Origin: Candidatus Minusculum obligatum
Lineage (GTDB): Bacteria > Patescibacteriota > Minisyncoccia > Phycocordibacterales > Phycocordibacteraceae
DNA length: 64,000 nucleotides
Reading direction: 5' to 3'
Assembly: GCA_045401155.1 (NCBI GenBank)
Contig: CP174360.1
Coordinates: 513,490 to 577,489, forward strand
Notes under the pieces: model-generated
The model's input: the letters and a program-made list of their open reading frames with translations, nothing else
Told to the model about the DNA's origin: nothing
Database searches by the model: none
Position numbers and translations under genes: made by a program
Shown here: positions 9,871 to 19,358 of the stretch, one piece after another
Numbering within the stretch: position 1 is the first letter of the stretch
Layout: each line of letters opens with the position of its first letter

Positions 9871-10307
9871 GCATGCCAACATCCCGTGCCGTTGAACACG
9901 GCCGCAATGCAACACCGCGAATGCTCTGGCTCTGGCTCATCATCGCGGCAATCATCGTTGGAAACGGGATCTATCACGTTCAGAAAATCGAACGCTCTCC
10001 CCTTTCCCAGCTCGCGCAAACGTCGAGAGACGCTACTTCGTTACCTGCCCAAGATACACCATGGGAGAACCAGGTTCTTGCAGCCGGCGAAGATACCCGC
10101 ATTCAATATGTGCCTGGTGGCTACCGGGTCTGCGTCAGCTCCTGGAGCGATCGTCAACGGTACTTCTGGTACGATGACGATCTTGAAGGAGATCTGAGGC
10201 CCCATGGTGGCGGAGACGTGACCATTGAACGTTTCCAGTTTCGGAACAGTTCGGACAACGAACTCCCGGTCCGCTTTCGGCTCATACCGTATGCACAAAC
10301 TTGCTAG
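9867..10307 (+). CDS. Membrane protein, possible NfeD-like partner of the SPFH protein
   Basis: ATGA-coupled to the SPFH gene. N-terminal TM helix plus a C-terminal ~70-aa soluble beta-rich region. SPFH genes are classically paired with nfeD; assignment is by context only. Confidence 0.4.
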   Translation: MSMPTSRAVEHGRNATPRMLWLWLIIAAIIVGNGIYHVQKIERSPLSQLAQTSRDATSLPAQDTPWENQVLAAGEDTRIQYVPGGYRVCVSSWSDRQRYFWYDDDLEGDLRPHGGGDVTIERFQFRNSSDNELPVRFRLIPYAQTC

Positions 10308-10321
10308 GTGTTGATACTAGC

Positions 10322-10358
10322 AAAACGGCGACCCCTCGGGGCCGCCGTTTTCTTTTTC
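10322..10358. terminator. GC-rich bidirectional rho-independent terminator between convergent genes
   Basis: aacggcgacccc-tc-ggggccgccgtt hairpin with T-run on + and A-run before it. Confidence 0.7.
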
Positions 10359-10359
10359 T

Positions 10360-10626
10360 TTACTGCAGATCTATCGGGGCATCGAGCCCAAATAGATTAA
10401 GAGTGATTCGCAACAATCCGAACACACCAATCATTATGGCAAGTCCGACAATTCCCCAAATCATATGACCCCTTCCTTTTGCACGCGTATCTTCACTTTG
10501 TCCAAAGGTGCCAATAAACTCAAGCACACCGTAAATAAAGATAACTGACGCAACACCAACAAGAAGTAAGATTAGAGGATTTACTATCTCTCGAACAATA
10601 CCATCAAGTAATCCGTCTAGATTCAT
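10360..10626 (-). CDS. Small two-helix membrane protein, paralog 1 of 4 (VirB2/TrbC-pilin-like architecture)
   Basis: 88 aa; TM1 - SEDTRAKGRG loop - MIWGIVGLAIMIGVFGLL TM2; shares a conserved motif with the next three ORFs. Confidence 0.55.
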   Translation of the reverse strand: MNLDGLLDGIVREIVNPLILLLVGVASVIFIYGVLEFIGTFGQSEDTRAKGRGHMIWGIVGLAIMIGVFGLLRITLNLFGLDAPIDLQ

Positions 10627-10630
10627 TTAA

Positions 10631-11026
10631 CTAGCGAATGTCCACTTCTGGAGGAGTAATAGTCTCTCCTTCAAGACCAAATGTTCCTACAAGAATGTTT
10701 ACAAGTCCCCATACTGATACCATCACGAAGAATGCAATGATTCCCCAAAGCATCAGCTGCTGACCTTCTTTTCGCTTGTCTTCTGAAGTTCCTCCAAGAA
10801 TAAAGCTTGTGAAAAGTCCCCAAACAAACACAATAAGTGCAAGCGCAAATACAAGCGGCACTAGTGTTCCATTAATAAAATTAATAACCGCATCTGCAAG
10901 ACCTTCAATGCTTCCAGCATTTTCAAACTGTGCAGCTGCAAGCAGTGGTGTAACCGCTACTGCGTACAGCGCAAGTCCACTTAGTGTTCCTGCTCCTAAA
11001 ATTCGTGTGTTCTTTTTCATACCCAT
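10631..11026 (-). CDS. Small two-helix membrane protein, paralog 2 of 4, with Sec-type signal peptide
   Basis: 131 aa; signal peptide ending AAA-Q, then TM1 - SEDKRKEGQQ loop - MLWGIIAFFVMVSVWGLV TM2. Confidence 0.55.
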   Translation of the reverse strand: MGMKKNTRILGAGTLSGLALYAVAVTPLLAAAQFENAGSIEGLADAVINFINGTLVPLVFALALIVFVWGLFTSFILGGTSEDKRKEGQQLMLWGIIAFFVMVSVWGLVNILVGTFGLEGETITPPEVDIR

Positions 11027-11083
11027 ACATAATACCGACCATATAGGTCGGCATCTAGATAAGTGAGTATTTAATGTGGATAT

Positions 11084-11329
11084 CTAAATACCAAATGATT
11101 TAAGTATAATGCGCACCAATCCCCACATAGAAACCACAACCGCAAACCCTATAATCCCCCACAACATGAACTGCGCACCCTCACTCCTAGACTTCGCATC
11201 ATCATATTTAACAAAGAAGTAGTTAAATATTCCCCACAAAAATAGCAAAAGCATTATTGCCAGCAACATAGGAATGATGCTGTTATTAAATATTTTTATG
11301 AGATATGTAACGAATTCTCGAAATGTCAT
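11084..11329 (-). CDS. Small two-helix membrane protein, paralog 3 of 4
   Basis: 81 aa; TM1 - DDAKSRSEGAQ loop - MLWGIIGFAVVVSMWGLV TM2. Confidence 0.55.
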   Translation of the reverse strand: MTFREFVTYLIKIFNNSIIPMLLAIMLLLFLWGIFNYFFVKYDDAKSRSEGAQFMLWGIIGFAVVVSMWGLVRIILKSFGI

Positions 11330-11751
11330 GATCCGCTTCCTATAGCTTCTACGGTCGCTTTAATAGCCTCTGCAATGATTTGCGCACCAATTAATATTAC
11401 TGCCCCTACAAGTGTCCAAAGTAGTGCTGCGCGAGCAGTCTTAATTGCCTCTGGATTTCCACGTGCATTTACAAACATAAACCCAACCACAACAATCATC
11501 ACAATCACCACCAATGTACCTAGGCGAACAATAAACTCTAAAATGTCAGTTAAAAACTCTTCCAGAGAATCAGCTTTTAGGGGGTTTTGAAGCTGGAACG
11601 TTGTGTTTCCAGGATTACCACCAGGAGTACCTACGCTGCCAGGATTACCTCCCGGGCTTCCTGTGCCACCAGGATTGCCTCCCTGCGCAAGAACCGCAAC
11701 CGGCGTCAAAACAAGAGAGAGTCCAAATAGAAATGAGAATAGTGTTTTCAT
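11326..11751 (-). CDS. Divergent paralog 4: signal peptide + GGNPG tandem-repeat linker + two-helix hairpin (VirB2/TrbC-like)
   Basis: 141 aa; signal peptide ..AVLA-QGG; three imperfect 10-aa repeats GGNPGxxGxP encoded by a ~30-nt tandem DNA repeat (11610-11700); then TM1 - NARGNPEAIKTAR loop - TM2. Confidence 0.5.
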   Translation of the reverse strand: MKTLFSFLFGLSLVLTPVAVLAQGGNPGGTGSPGGNPGSVGTPGGNPGNTTFQLQNPLKADSLEEFLTDILEFIVRLGTLVVIVMIVVVGFMFVNARGNPEAIKTARAALLWTLVGAVILIGAQIIAEAIKATVEAIGSGS

Positions 11752-13007
11752 AATTGTCGTAATAGTCGTTGTGCTTTTGTTAATGCTCCTATCGCATCTT
11801 CTCTACCACTTACTACATCATCAACCATAGCAGAGAAGATCTCGCCCACCTGCTCTGGCTGTGGAGAGAGCCATGCTTTTGCAATAAACGCTTCGTTATA
11901 TGCAAGATCTAGTACAGGATCTGCCTGTCGATTTGAAAGCAGTGTGCGCAGTACTGGAGCAATGTTTGATGCACTTGAAAATGCGTATGCATTGTTTTGA
12001 TTAATAAATGCAAATGCTGCAGTCTGAGATCCACTTACACTACGAGCTGCTTTTGGCACCGCAAATACATACACACTTCCGTATACAACCGGCACCCCAC
12101 CTTCAAGCTGTGGGAATGGAGCTGCTGCAAATGAGAGGTTTGGGTTTAATCCAGAAAGCACCTTTCCTTCGCTTGCTGGCGCAAAGTATAGCGTTAGATC
12201 TCCAAGCAAAAACGCCTTCTGATCCTCTTCTAAACTTTTATTCCATGAATACGCACTTGTATTTGGATTTGCAAACTCTGTATAGAAGCGAAGCGCACTC
12301 TCTGTGTCCTCACTATCTCCTCCAATAAGCTCTATCTGCCCTCTTGTATCACGAATGGGTGACCCTACTTGGAATAAGAAGCTTGCGAGCACCTTTTCTG
12401 CATGACGGATATTGCTATACGCACCAAGCGCTACAAAACTTTTATTGATTGAAAAACTTCCTGTTGTCTCAACAAAACGCGGCACAAGACCAACAAACTG
12501 CTCCCAAAACGCAGGTGCCTGACTTACGCGAGCACTATTAAGATGTGTCTTGTTATAAAACATCACAAGTGGGTCTACACCAACTGGAATACCAAGGTAC
12601 CCGTTTTGTGTAATCACCACATCTGCAACATCAACAAACGTGTCATCAAAGGTACGTGCTGGATATGTTTCAAAACTAATCGGCGCAAGTGTTTCTGAAA
12701 TTGATCCCAAAAGCTCATGCGGTACTAAAACCATGTCTGGCCCACGATCTGCAGCGAGCGCCTGGATATATGAATCATAAAAATCACTTTGATCTACCTC
12801 TACATAACTCACCCGATCAAAATCATCACGTCGATCTCGTACATTTCCAAGTGCTGCGCGCACCTCCTCCTTTGGAAGCGTTCCCCAAATAACAACTTCT
12901 CCAATAGTATTTTTATTATTTGAAGGATTTGCACCCGCAAAGACTAAAAGTCCGACGATAGCAAAAATCGCAAACCCCGCTGTTAAAATTAATTGAAATG
13001 GCTTCAT
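11748..13007 (-). CDS. Extracellular solute-binding protein (ABC-type family 1, MalE-like), membrane-anchored, orphan
   Basis: N-terminal TM anchor; VVIWGTLPKEE, LVPHELLGS, YLGIPVGVDPLVMFYNKTHL blocks typical of SBP_bac_1. No permease or ATPase adjacent. Confidence 0.5.
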   Translation of the reverse strand: MKPFQLILTAGFAIFAIVGLLVFAGANPSNNKNTIGEVVIWGTLPKEEVRAALGNVRDRRDDFDRVSYVEVDQSDFYDSYIQALAADRGPDMVLVPHELLGSISETLAPISFETYPARTFDDTFVDVADVVITQNGYLGIPVGVDPLVMFYNKTHLNSARVSQAPAFWEQFVGLVPRFVETTGSFSINKSFVALGAYSNIRHAEKVLASFLFQVGSPIRDTRGQIELIGGDSEDTESALRFYTEFANPNTSAYSWNKSLEEDQKAFLLGDLTLYFAPASEGKVLSGLNPNLSFAAAPFPQLEGGVPVVYGSVYVFAVPKAARSVSGSQTAAFAFINQNNAYAFSSASNIAPVLRTLLSNRQADPVLDLAYNEAFIAKAWLSPQPEQVGEIFSAMVDDVVSGREDAIGALTKAQRLLRQL

Positions 13008-13546
13008 GCTGGTTTCTTAAATACTAACGCATAATGGTGCGGTCCCGCACGAAATGCTTTCTCCTTGTGAAATCCCATATCGAGGAACAGGCGCTCTGCC
13101 TTATACTCCTCAATTACATTTTCCTGACGAGGACCAATGTTCCCATAGCTCCCTGCCCAATCAACTACGAGCACCTTTCCTCCTGGTTTTAAGATACGCC
13201 TGATCTCTGTAAGCGCGGCATTTGTATCCTCAATCTGAAACAGTACATTTCCTAAAATAACTGCATCGGCAGTCTCTGCTTTTAGTTTTGTGCCAAACTG
13301 CACCTCAATATCTCCCCATACGGTAGTGATATTAGAGAACCCATGCTCTACCGCCTCACGCTTAAGCGCCTTAAGTACATCCTCTTGTACATCAAGTGCA
13401 TACACGCGACCATCCGCACCAACAACAGGTGCTGCTGCAAGCGCGTAGTGCCCTACACCACTTCCAACATCAACAACGCGCATACCCTCACGCAGCCCCA
13501 TTTGTAGGATATTTGATTGCGGATTAGAAAATTCCATTACCCTCAA
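13004..13546 (-). CDS. Class I SAM-dependent methyltransferase
   Basis: VVDVGSGVGHYAL motif I, acidic motif II (ALDVQED), KPGGKVLVVD. Confidence 0.7.
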   Translation of the reverse strand: MRVMEFSNPQSNILQMGLREGMRVVDVGSGVGHYALAAAPVVGADGRVYALDVQEDVLKALKREAVEHGFSNITTVWGDIEVQFGTKLKAETADAVILGNVLFQIEDTNAALTEIRRILKPGGKVLVVDWAGSYGNIGPRQENVIEEYKAERLFLDMGFHKEKAFRAGPHHYALVFKKPA

Positions 13547-13577
13547 GTATAGCAGGGCTTAATATAAAAAAGAGAGA

Positions 13578-16052
13578 TTACTCAACAGTTAGAAGAACAA
13601 TTGAAGCAACCGCGTCTCCTGCTCGAAGCTTCATGATGCGCACTCCTTGTGTGCTTCGTCCTTGTGATGGGATTTCTGATACTCCCGTACGGATCACCTG
13701 CCCCTTCTTAGAGATAGCAACAAGCTCATACTGCTTAAGATCACCAATTAACATGCGTCCTCCCACGATCTTCCCTGTCTTGTCGGTAACTCCTGCAGTC
13801 TTAATTCCAGAACCTGCGCGCTTTTGCTGCTTATATTCCTTAAGCGGCGTGTGCTTTCCATACCCTGTCTCACTCACCACAAGAAGCTCTGCTTCTTTCT
13901 CCTTCCCTGCAGGAAGAATATGTCCTGAGACAACACGATCATCTTTAGAAAGCTTGATACCACGAACTCCAGCTGCAGTCCGCCCCATCTCGCGCGCATC
14001 TGCTTCTGGGAAGCGAATTGCCTGACCATTTTCTGTCACAATCACTACATCATCTCCCTCCGCAATAAAGTGCGCTACCACAAGCTTGTCTCCATCCTTT
14101 AGATTGATGGCGATAATTCCACTTCGACGCACATCTGAGAAGCTTTTTGCAGATACCTTCTTAATAGTTCCATCTCGTGTAATAAACAGGAGACTCATTG
14201 CTTCAAGCTCAGCACCCTTAGGTACCGCAAGTGCTCCAGTTACATGCTCATCTCCCGCAAGTGCTAGGAAGTTTGCAATACTCTTTCCTTTTGTGGCGCG
14301 ACGTCCCTCTGGAATGTCATACATTTTCACCTGATATGCTTTACCAGCATCTGTAAAGAAGAGTAGGTTTGCATGTGTTGAGGCTGTAATAAAGGTGTGC
14401 ACCACATCCTCCTCCTTTGTAGAAAGGTCAATCACACCAACACCACCGCGCTTTTGCTTCTTGTACTCATTTGGATTGGTTCGCTTTACATACCCACCCT
14501 TGGTAAGCACCAACACGCTCTCCTCCTCTGGCACAAGATCTTCTACTGAAATATTCTTAACTCCTCCCTTTACGATCTTGGTACGACGATCATCTCCATG
14601 CTTTTCAGATAGATCTGCAAGCTCTTTCTTAATAACCGTCAGCATCTTCTTTTCACTTGCAAGAATAGCCTTAAGCTCTGCAATAAGCTTTTGTACCTCA
14701 AGAAGCTCATCCTCAATCTTTTTACGCTCAAGTCCTGCAAGCTTCTGTAGACGCATCTCAAGAATCGCAGTCGCCTGGCGATCTGAGAACTTAAACTTCT
14801 TCATTAAATTGGCATGCGCCTCTGGCACATCCTTTGCTGCACGAATAATCTTGATGATCTCATCGATGTGATCAAGCGCCTTCTTAAGTCCAAGCAAGAT
14901 GTGTTCTCGCTCCTCTGCCTTATTTAAATCAAATTGTGTTCGGCGCTTTACAACCTCCTTTCGGTGTCCCAAAAATGCCTCAAGCATCTCCTTAAGAGAA
15001 AGTGTCTGTGGCACACCATCTACCAAAGCAACCATGTTGTAGTGGAACGTATCTTCAAGCTGCGTGTACTTATAGATATTATTTAGAACAGTTTGAGGGT
15101 GCGCTGTTCCCTTCAGCTCAATGATCACACGAATATCATCAGTAGACTCATCTCGAATATCTCTAATACCTTCAATCTTCTTATCTCGCGCAAGATCAGC
15201 GATCTTCATAATAAGATCAGCTTTATTTACACGAAATGGAATTGAAGAAATGACAATATGGAATCCCTTCTTCTCCTCTACGATCTCAGCCTCTCCTCGC
15301 ACCACAACTCCACCGCGTCCATTTGAGTACGCGTGTACGATGTCTTTTTGATTAAAAGCAATACCTCCAAGTGGGAAATCAGGACCTTTAACAAACTGCA
15401 GAAGATCTTCGGTTGTTGCCTTTGGATTATCTGCAAGATACACAATGGCATCGATAAGCTCTCGCAAGTTGTGTGGAGGGATATTTGTTGCCATTCCAAC
15501 GGCAATACCAAGGGTTCCATTTAGAAGAAGGTTCGGTGCGACAGTAGGAAGCACCACAGGCTCTTTGCGAGTCGCATCATAGTTTGGTCGCCACGCAACA
15601 GTATCCTTATCAATATCACGAAGCATTTCCTCAGCGATCTTATCCATCTTTGCTTCGGTATATCGCATAGCAGCTGGAGAGTCTCCATCAACAGATCCGA
15701 AGTTTCCCTGCCCATTTACAAGTGTGTAGCGCGTTGTAAAATCCTGCGCCAATTTTGCCATAGCATCATACACAGCGGTATCACCATGCGGGTGGTACTT
15801 TCCGAGCACATCTCCTACCACCGCAGCACTCTTTCTGAAGCGTGCGCTTGGTGTAAGTCCCATCTCCTTCATTACAAAAAGAATACGGCGATGTACCGGC
15901 TTAAGTCCGTCTCGCACGTCAGGAAGTGCACGCATGGTAATAACGCTCATTGCATAATCAAGGTATGCAGTACGCATCTCCTCTACAATGCTTTGGTCAA
16001 TTACATTTGAAGCAACTACCTTCTCCTCATTTTCTTCCTTTTTCTTTGCCAT
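13578..16052 (-). CDS. gyrA: DNA gyrase subunit A
   Basis: [25 protein letters not shown], active-site Tyr region, C-terminal beta-pinwheel repeats; 824 aa. Confidence 0.92.
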   Translation of the reverse strand: MAKKKEENEEKVVASNVIDQSIVEEMRTAYLDYAMSVITMRALPDVRDGLKPVHRRILFVMKEMGLTPSARFRKSAAVVGDVLGKYHPHGDTAVYDAMAKLAQDFTTRYTLVNGQGNFGSVDGDSPAAMRYTEAKMDKIAEEMLRDIDKDTVAWRPNYDATRKEPVVLPTVAPNLLLNGTLGIAVGMATNIPPHNLRELIDAIVYLADNPKATTEDLLQFVKGPDFPLGGIAFNQKDIVHAYSNGRGGVVVRGEAEIVEEKKGFHIVISSIPFRVNKADLIMKIADLARDKKIEGIRDIRDESTDDIRVIIELKGTAHPQTVLNNIYKYTQLEDTFHYNMVALVDGVPQTLSLKEMLEAFLGHRKEVVKRRTQFDLNKAEEREHILLGLKKALDHIDEIIKIIRAAKDVPEAHANLMKKFKFSDRQATAILEMRLQKLAGLERKKIEDELLEVQKLIAELKAILASEKKMLTVIKKELADLSEKHGDDRRTKIVKGGVKNISVEDLVPEEESVLVLTKGGYVKRTNPNEYKKQKRGGVGVIDLSTKEEDVVHTFITASTHANLLFFTDAGKAYQVKMYDIPEGRRATKGKSIANFLALAGDEHVTGALAVPKGAELEAMSLLFITRDGTIKKVSAKSFSDVRRSGIIAINLKDGDKLVVAHFIAEGDDVVIVTENGQAIRFPEADAREMGRTAAGVRGIKLSKDDRVVSGHILPAGKEKEAELLVVSETGYGKHTPLKEYKQQKRAGSGIKTAGVTDKTGKIVGGRMLIGDLKQYELVAISKKGQVIRTGVSEIPSQGRSTQGVRIMKLRAGDAVASIVLLTVE

Positions 16053-16053
16053 A

Positions 16054-16407
16054 TTAGAATGTCAGTACGGTATCACGCTCCTTCTCCTCAATCGTAGATG
16101 AACGATCTGTCTCTACAATCTCAAGACGAGCCTCTCCTTCATATTGCCCCGGAGCCTCTTGCGAAAGATCTTCAAAAGAAGCTGCGGCACCCGCAAATCC
16201 AGCCTGGAATGTATTAGCAAGATCAGAAATTGGGTGTGTATTACTCTCCTGCTCTCCCACTGGCTTATATGCAAGTGGCTTTGCAACAACCATAGTCACA
16301 CCCCAGATCATAAAAATAGAAAGGCTAATTGCTGCAGCAGAAGTGTACGCATACTTCTTACGTACATGCTCTGGCTTTTGTCTTATTTCGTGGAGTGTTT
16401 TTCTCAT
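16054..16407 (-). CDS. Hypothetical membrane-anchored protein
   Basis: ORF with one TM helix; 4-nt overlap with the upstream gene; no recognisable family. Confidence 0.35.
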   Translation of the reverse strand: MRKTLHEIRQKPEHVRKKYAYTSAAAISLSIFMIWGVTMVVAKPLAYKPVGEQESNTHPISDLANTFQAGFAGAAASFEDLSQEAPGQYEGEARLEIVETDRSSTIEEKERDTVLTF

Positions 16408-17015
16408 ACCTTTAGTACCATAATAGCACCTTTTGCCTCACTTACATCCTTCTTTTTAAGGGTCAGTTTGTCTGTTGGCTTTTCAGCTCCCTCCTTGCAG
16501 AAGGTCTTGAGCGCATCCTTATCCCCCATTCCTTCATAGTGCATTGGAATGATGACATTGGCCTCAAGCTTTGTTGCAAGCTTATGTGCTTTATCTGCAT
16601 CTAGCACACCAGCCCCTCCAATTGGCACAAAAAGAATATCAACTTCATCGAGCGCCTCCCTAGCATCTGCAGGAAGATTCTCATCACTTAGTGCTCCAAG
16701 AAACACAAGTGTCATACCCTCAAGCTCAACCACATACATAGTATTAAGTCCTTCAGGACCTCCATGCTCACTCTTTGTCTGGTATCCACGAATCGCAACA
16801 CCATTCTTCTCATATGCTCCAGGACCTGCGATAACAAAAGAATCATCTTTTGCGCCATTAAAATCAGAATGAATCTTTGAGATAAGGGTAATATCCGCAC
16901 CAAACTTAACTGCAGGAAGCTTTGAATCCTTACTTGGTGGATCAAATACAAGTGTCGTGTCACCAAAACTAACCTTAAAACATTGCCCTCCGTGATGCGT
17001 AATAACCATAGTCAA
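16404..17015 (-). CDS. MBL-fold metallo-hydrolase
   Basis: Metallo-beta-lactamase-like His/Asp spacing (ITHHGGQCF..., IPMHYEG). Confidence 0.55.
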   Translation of the reverse strand: MTMVITHHGGQCFKVSFGDTTLVFDPPSKDSKLPAVKFGADITLISKIHSDFNGAKDDSFVIAGPGAYEKNGVAIRGYQTKSEHGGPEGLNTMYVVELEGMTLVFLGALSDENLPADAREALDEVDILFVPIGGAGVLDADKAHKLATKLEANVIIPMHYEGMGDKDALKTFCKEGAEKPTDKLTLKKKDVSEAKGAIMVLKV

Positions 17016-17149
17016 AACAGTATATCACCTTGTCCAAAATAGACAATATTTCCTTTTGTTAAGCCATATTCTATATATTTTGCAAGACCACATTTTAAAA
17101 CTATTGACAAGTTTTATATTTGTAGTACTATCCTTTCATCCCTAGAGGA

Positions 17150-17745
17150 GAGTTATGGGCTGCTCGTAATCACGAGCCTTGAAAGTGCCGACGCGACTGT
17201 CGGTGGAAAATTCTCTCAAACAATGATCCTTCAAATCCCACGAGGTTTGAACATGACCAATCGTCACATCCGGGGTTCGACCGTCAATGGTCCGGCTTAT
17301 GAAAATACGAGCTCGACCCTGGACATCGATTCCGCGCCGACGTGCGGCTGGCGGTCGGCCTGATCGGCCGGCCAGGCCGGGAGGCAGTCACCGTGTGACG
17401 TGACTCCCGCCTGAGACCAGAGCAACCACCGCGATACAAGCTGCGCGCTTGGGGAGGTACTCATGTTTGTATTTCGACTTATGTCCCCGTACGCTACGGC
17501 GTGCGGGTAACATAGCCCTCTAAAATTTCGGGCAATACCCTGGTCCGGGCAGGACCACTTGAGATCGAGAAAGAGGCGTATAAGATTAATATCGCGTGCT
17601 GTGCACCGATCACTTTATCAGAATACACGCCTACCTAGGGAGCGTACTCCCAAGATCTCTATGACTTGCGGCTGTGGAGCTTGCGCGCAAATGCGCTCTC
17701 TACAGCCCGGTCCCAACCGTCTCTCTTGAGACGGTTTTTCTTTAC
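17150..17745 (+). ncRNA. Unclassified GC-rich structured-RNA candidate (~570-600 nt; strand tentative)
   Basis: 850-nt gap with no ORF of 60 aa or more. An abrupt GC-rich core (17150-17720) in an AT-rich genome, multiple internal hairpins (e.g. GCUCGU-aauc-ACGAGC; GGGAG..GUCAC-cgu-GUGAC..CUCCC), an upstream TTGACA box (17104) and a hairpin+T-run at 17716-17745. No CR-I or CR-V RNase P motifs in canonical order, no tRNA-like end and no clean SRP domain IV were found. Confidence 0.5.
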
Positions 17746-17869
17746 ATTTCACACATTTACCGCTATATTCTCCCTACTTCAGTACGGAGTTTTTTATTAC
17801 CTGTATGTCGGCTAACACTGCACTCTTAACGCAGTACCGAATACACAACTCCCGAACAAGAAAATACAT

Positions 17870-18949
17870 ATGTTTGGAAACAATAAAGAAGTGGAACATC
17901 CACTTCATCATTTGGTTGAAGAGGCTCCAGAACCACCACAAGTTGGTGACACTATTGAGGGAGAGATCGTAGCGATCGATCGCGGACGTGTATACATTGA
18001 CCTGCCACCATTTGGTACAGGAATCATTTACGGACGTGAGTACCTTTCTGCTGCTGACATTCTTCGAAAGAGTAATATTGGAGATTCAATCTCAGCAAAA
18101 GTAGTAGACGCTTCAGGACTTGAGGGATACATCGAGCTATCTCTTAAGGAGGCGCGTCAGGCTGCTATCTGGGGAGAAGCTGAGCAGGCTATTGCAGCTG
18201 AGTCTATCTACACTCTAAACGTAGAGGATGCGAACAAGGGAGGACTTATCCTTCGTTGGCAAGGAATCGATGGATTCCTTCCAGCATCTCAACTTAAGAG
18301 CGAGCACTACCCACGTGTACAAGATGGAGATAAGGATGAGATTCTTGGAGAGCTTAAGAAGCTTATCGGAACACCTCTATCAGTACGTATCATCACTGCT
18401 GATCCTAAGGAAGGAAAACTTATCTTCACTGAGAAGTCTTCTGAAGAGGAGGAGGCAAAGACTGATGCCGTTGATAAGTACACTGTAGGTGATGTTGTAG
18501 AAGGAAAGATCACCGGAGGTGTTGAGTTTGGTCTCTTTGTAGAGATTGAACCAGGGCTTGAGGGACTTGTGCACATTTCAGAGATTGATTGGGCACTTGT
18601 TGAAGATCCTGCAGCACTATACCCAGTTGGAACTGAGGTTAAGGTGAAAGTTATCGATGTGAAGGATGGAAAGGTTTCTCTTTCTATCAAGGCACTTAAG
18701 GAGAATCCTTGGGATGCTGCAGCAAAGAACTACAAGAAGGATCAAGAGGTTACAGGAGTGGTTATTAAGTACAACAAGCATGGTGCACTTATCTCAATTG
18801 AGGAAGGTGTTGCAGGTCTTGTACATGTTTCAGAATTTGAGAGCATGACAGACCTTCGCGAGAAGCTAGAGCTTGGAAAGACATATCCATTCACTATTAC
18901 ACTCTTTGAACCAAAGGAGCAGCGCATGACCCTTGCATTCAAGGGATAA
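17870..18949 (+). CDS. rpsA: 30S ribosomal protein S1, short 4-domain form
   Basis: Four tandem S1/OB RNA-binding repeats (GDTIEGEIV..., GDVVEGKITG..., GTEVKVKVIDV..., VTGVVIKYNKHGALI...); 359 aa. Confidence 0.8.
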   Translation: MFGNNKEVEHPLHHLVEEAPEPPQVGDTIEGEIVAIDRGRVYIDLPPFGTGIIYGREYLSAADILRKSNIGDSISAKVVDASGLEGYIELSLKEARQAAIWGEAEQAIAAESIYTLNVEDANKGGLILRWQGIDGFLPASQLKSEHYPRVQDGDKDEILGELKKLIGTPLSVRIITADPKEGKLIFTEKSSEEEEAKTDAVDKYTVGDVVEGKITGGVEFGLFVEIEPGLEGLVHISEIDWALVEDPAALYPVGTEVKVKVIDVKDGKVSLSIKALKENPWDAAAKNYKKDQEVTGVVIKYNKHGALISIEEGVAGLVHVSEFESMTDLREKLELGKTYPFTITLFEPKEQRMTLAFKG

Positions 18950-18954
18950 ACAAA

Positions 18955-18978
18955 AGGGCCCCTCTCGGGGCTTTTTTG
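18955..18978 (+). terminator. Rho-independent terminator after rpsA
   Basis: gggcccc-tct-cggggc hairpin + TTTTTT. Confidence 0.7.
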
Positions 18979-19034
18979 TTTGACAGCAACTTCTTAGAAG
19001 TGTTTAGTGTTACAGGGGCAATTGGAGGAGCGTG

Positions 19035-19169
19035 ATGATACATCCGGAAAAAAGCCGCATCGTTCAAAGCCAGGGGCGACGGCGTCTGGGAAAGTATGTT
19101 CTCGGCGCCGTAATCGCAATATCCATGATCGGCGGACTCATATACGCCTGGCCTTGGCCGGAAATGTGA
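19035..19169 (+). CDS. Small hydrophobic peptide (44 aa, one TM helix)
   Basis: Strong SD (ATTGGAGGAG 7 nt upstream); MIHPEKSRIVQSQGRRRLGKYVLGAVIAISMIGGLIYAWPWPEM; sits in a GC-elevated patch; followed by a perfect hairpin terminator. Confidence 0.4.
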   Translation: MIHPEKSRIVQSQGRRRLGKYVLGAVIAISMIGGLIYAWPWPEM

Positions 19170-19174
19170 GAATT

Positions 19175-19213
19175 GACCCGCGTGCATAAGTGCACGCGGG
19201 TCTTCACGTTTTT
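19175..19213 (+). terminator. Rho-independent terminator
   Basis: gacccgcgtgca-taa-gtgcacgcgggtc perfect 12-bp hairpin followed by TTCACGTTTTT. Confidence 0.7.
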
Positions 19214-19247
19214 AGGAGTATACTTTTATTGGAAGGAGGTGATCCAC

Positions 19248-19358
19248 ATGCCCCGACTTGCACACGAGCACAGAAGCGGCTTCTGGGTAATCGCCACCAT
19301 TGTGGTGGTAGGCCTTATTATTGCCGGCATCATTGTCGTGAAGAACTCTGGCGCCTAG
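19248..19358 (+). CDS. Small hydrophobic peptide (36 aa, one TM helix)
   Basis: Perfect SD GGAAGGAGGTGATCC then ATG; MPRLAHEHRSGFWVIATIVVVGLIIAGIIVVKNSGA; GC-rich codon usage. Overlaps the pth stop on the opposite strand. Confidence 0.4.
   Translation: MPRLAHEHRSGFWVIATIVVVGLIIAGIIVVKNSGA

Noticed and set aside
13633-15351. Several plus-strand ORFs inside gyrA (13633..14025, 14086..14334, 14395..14871, 15121..15351)
   Set aside because: Antisense shadows of gyrA with no features.
17150-17745. RNase P RNA hypothesis for this GC-rich block (it contains GGUCCGGCUUAU- and GGUCCGGGCAGG-like strings)
   Set aside because: The motifs are in the wrong order and spacing for P4, and a convincing rnpB with CR-I, P5-P7 and CR-V is present at 44460..44778.
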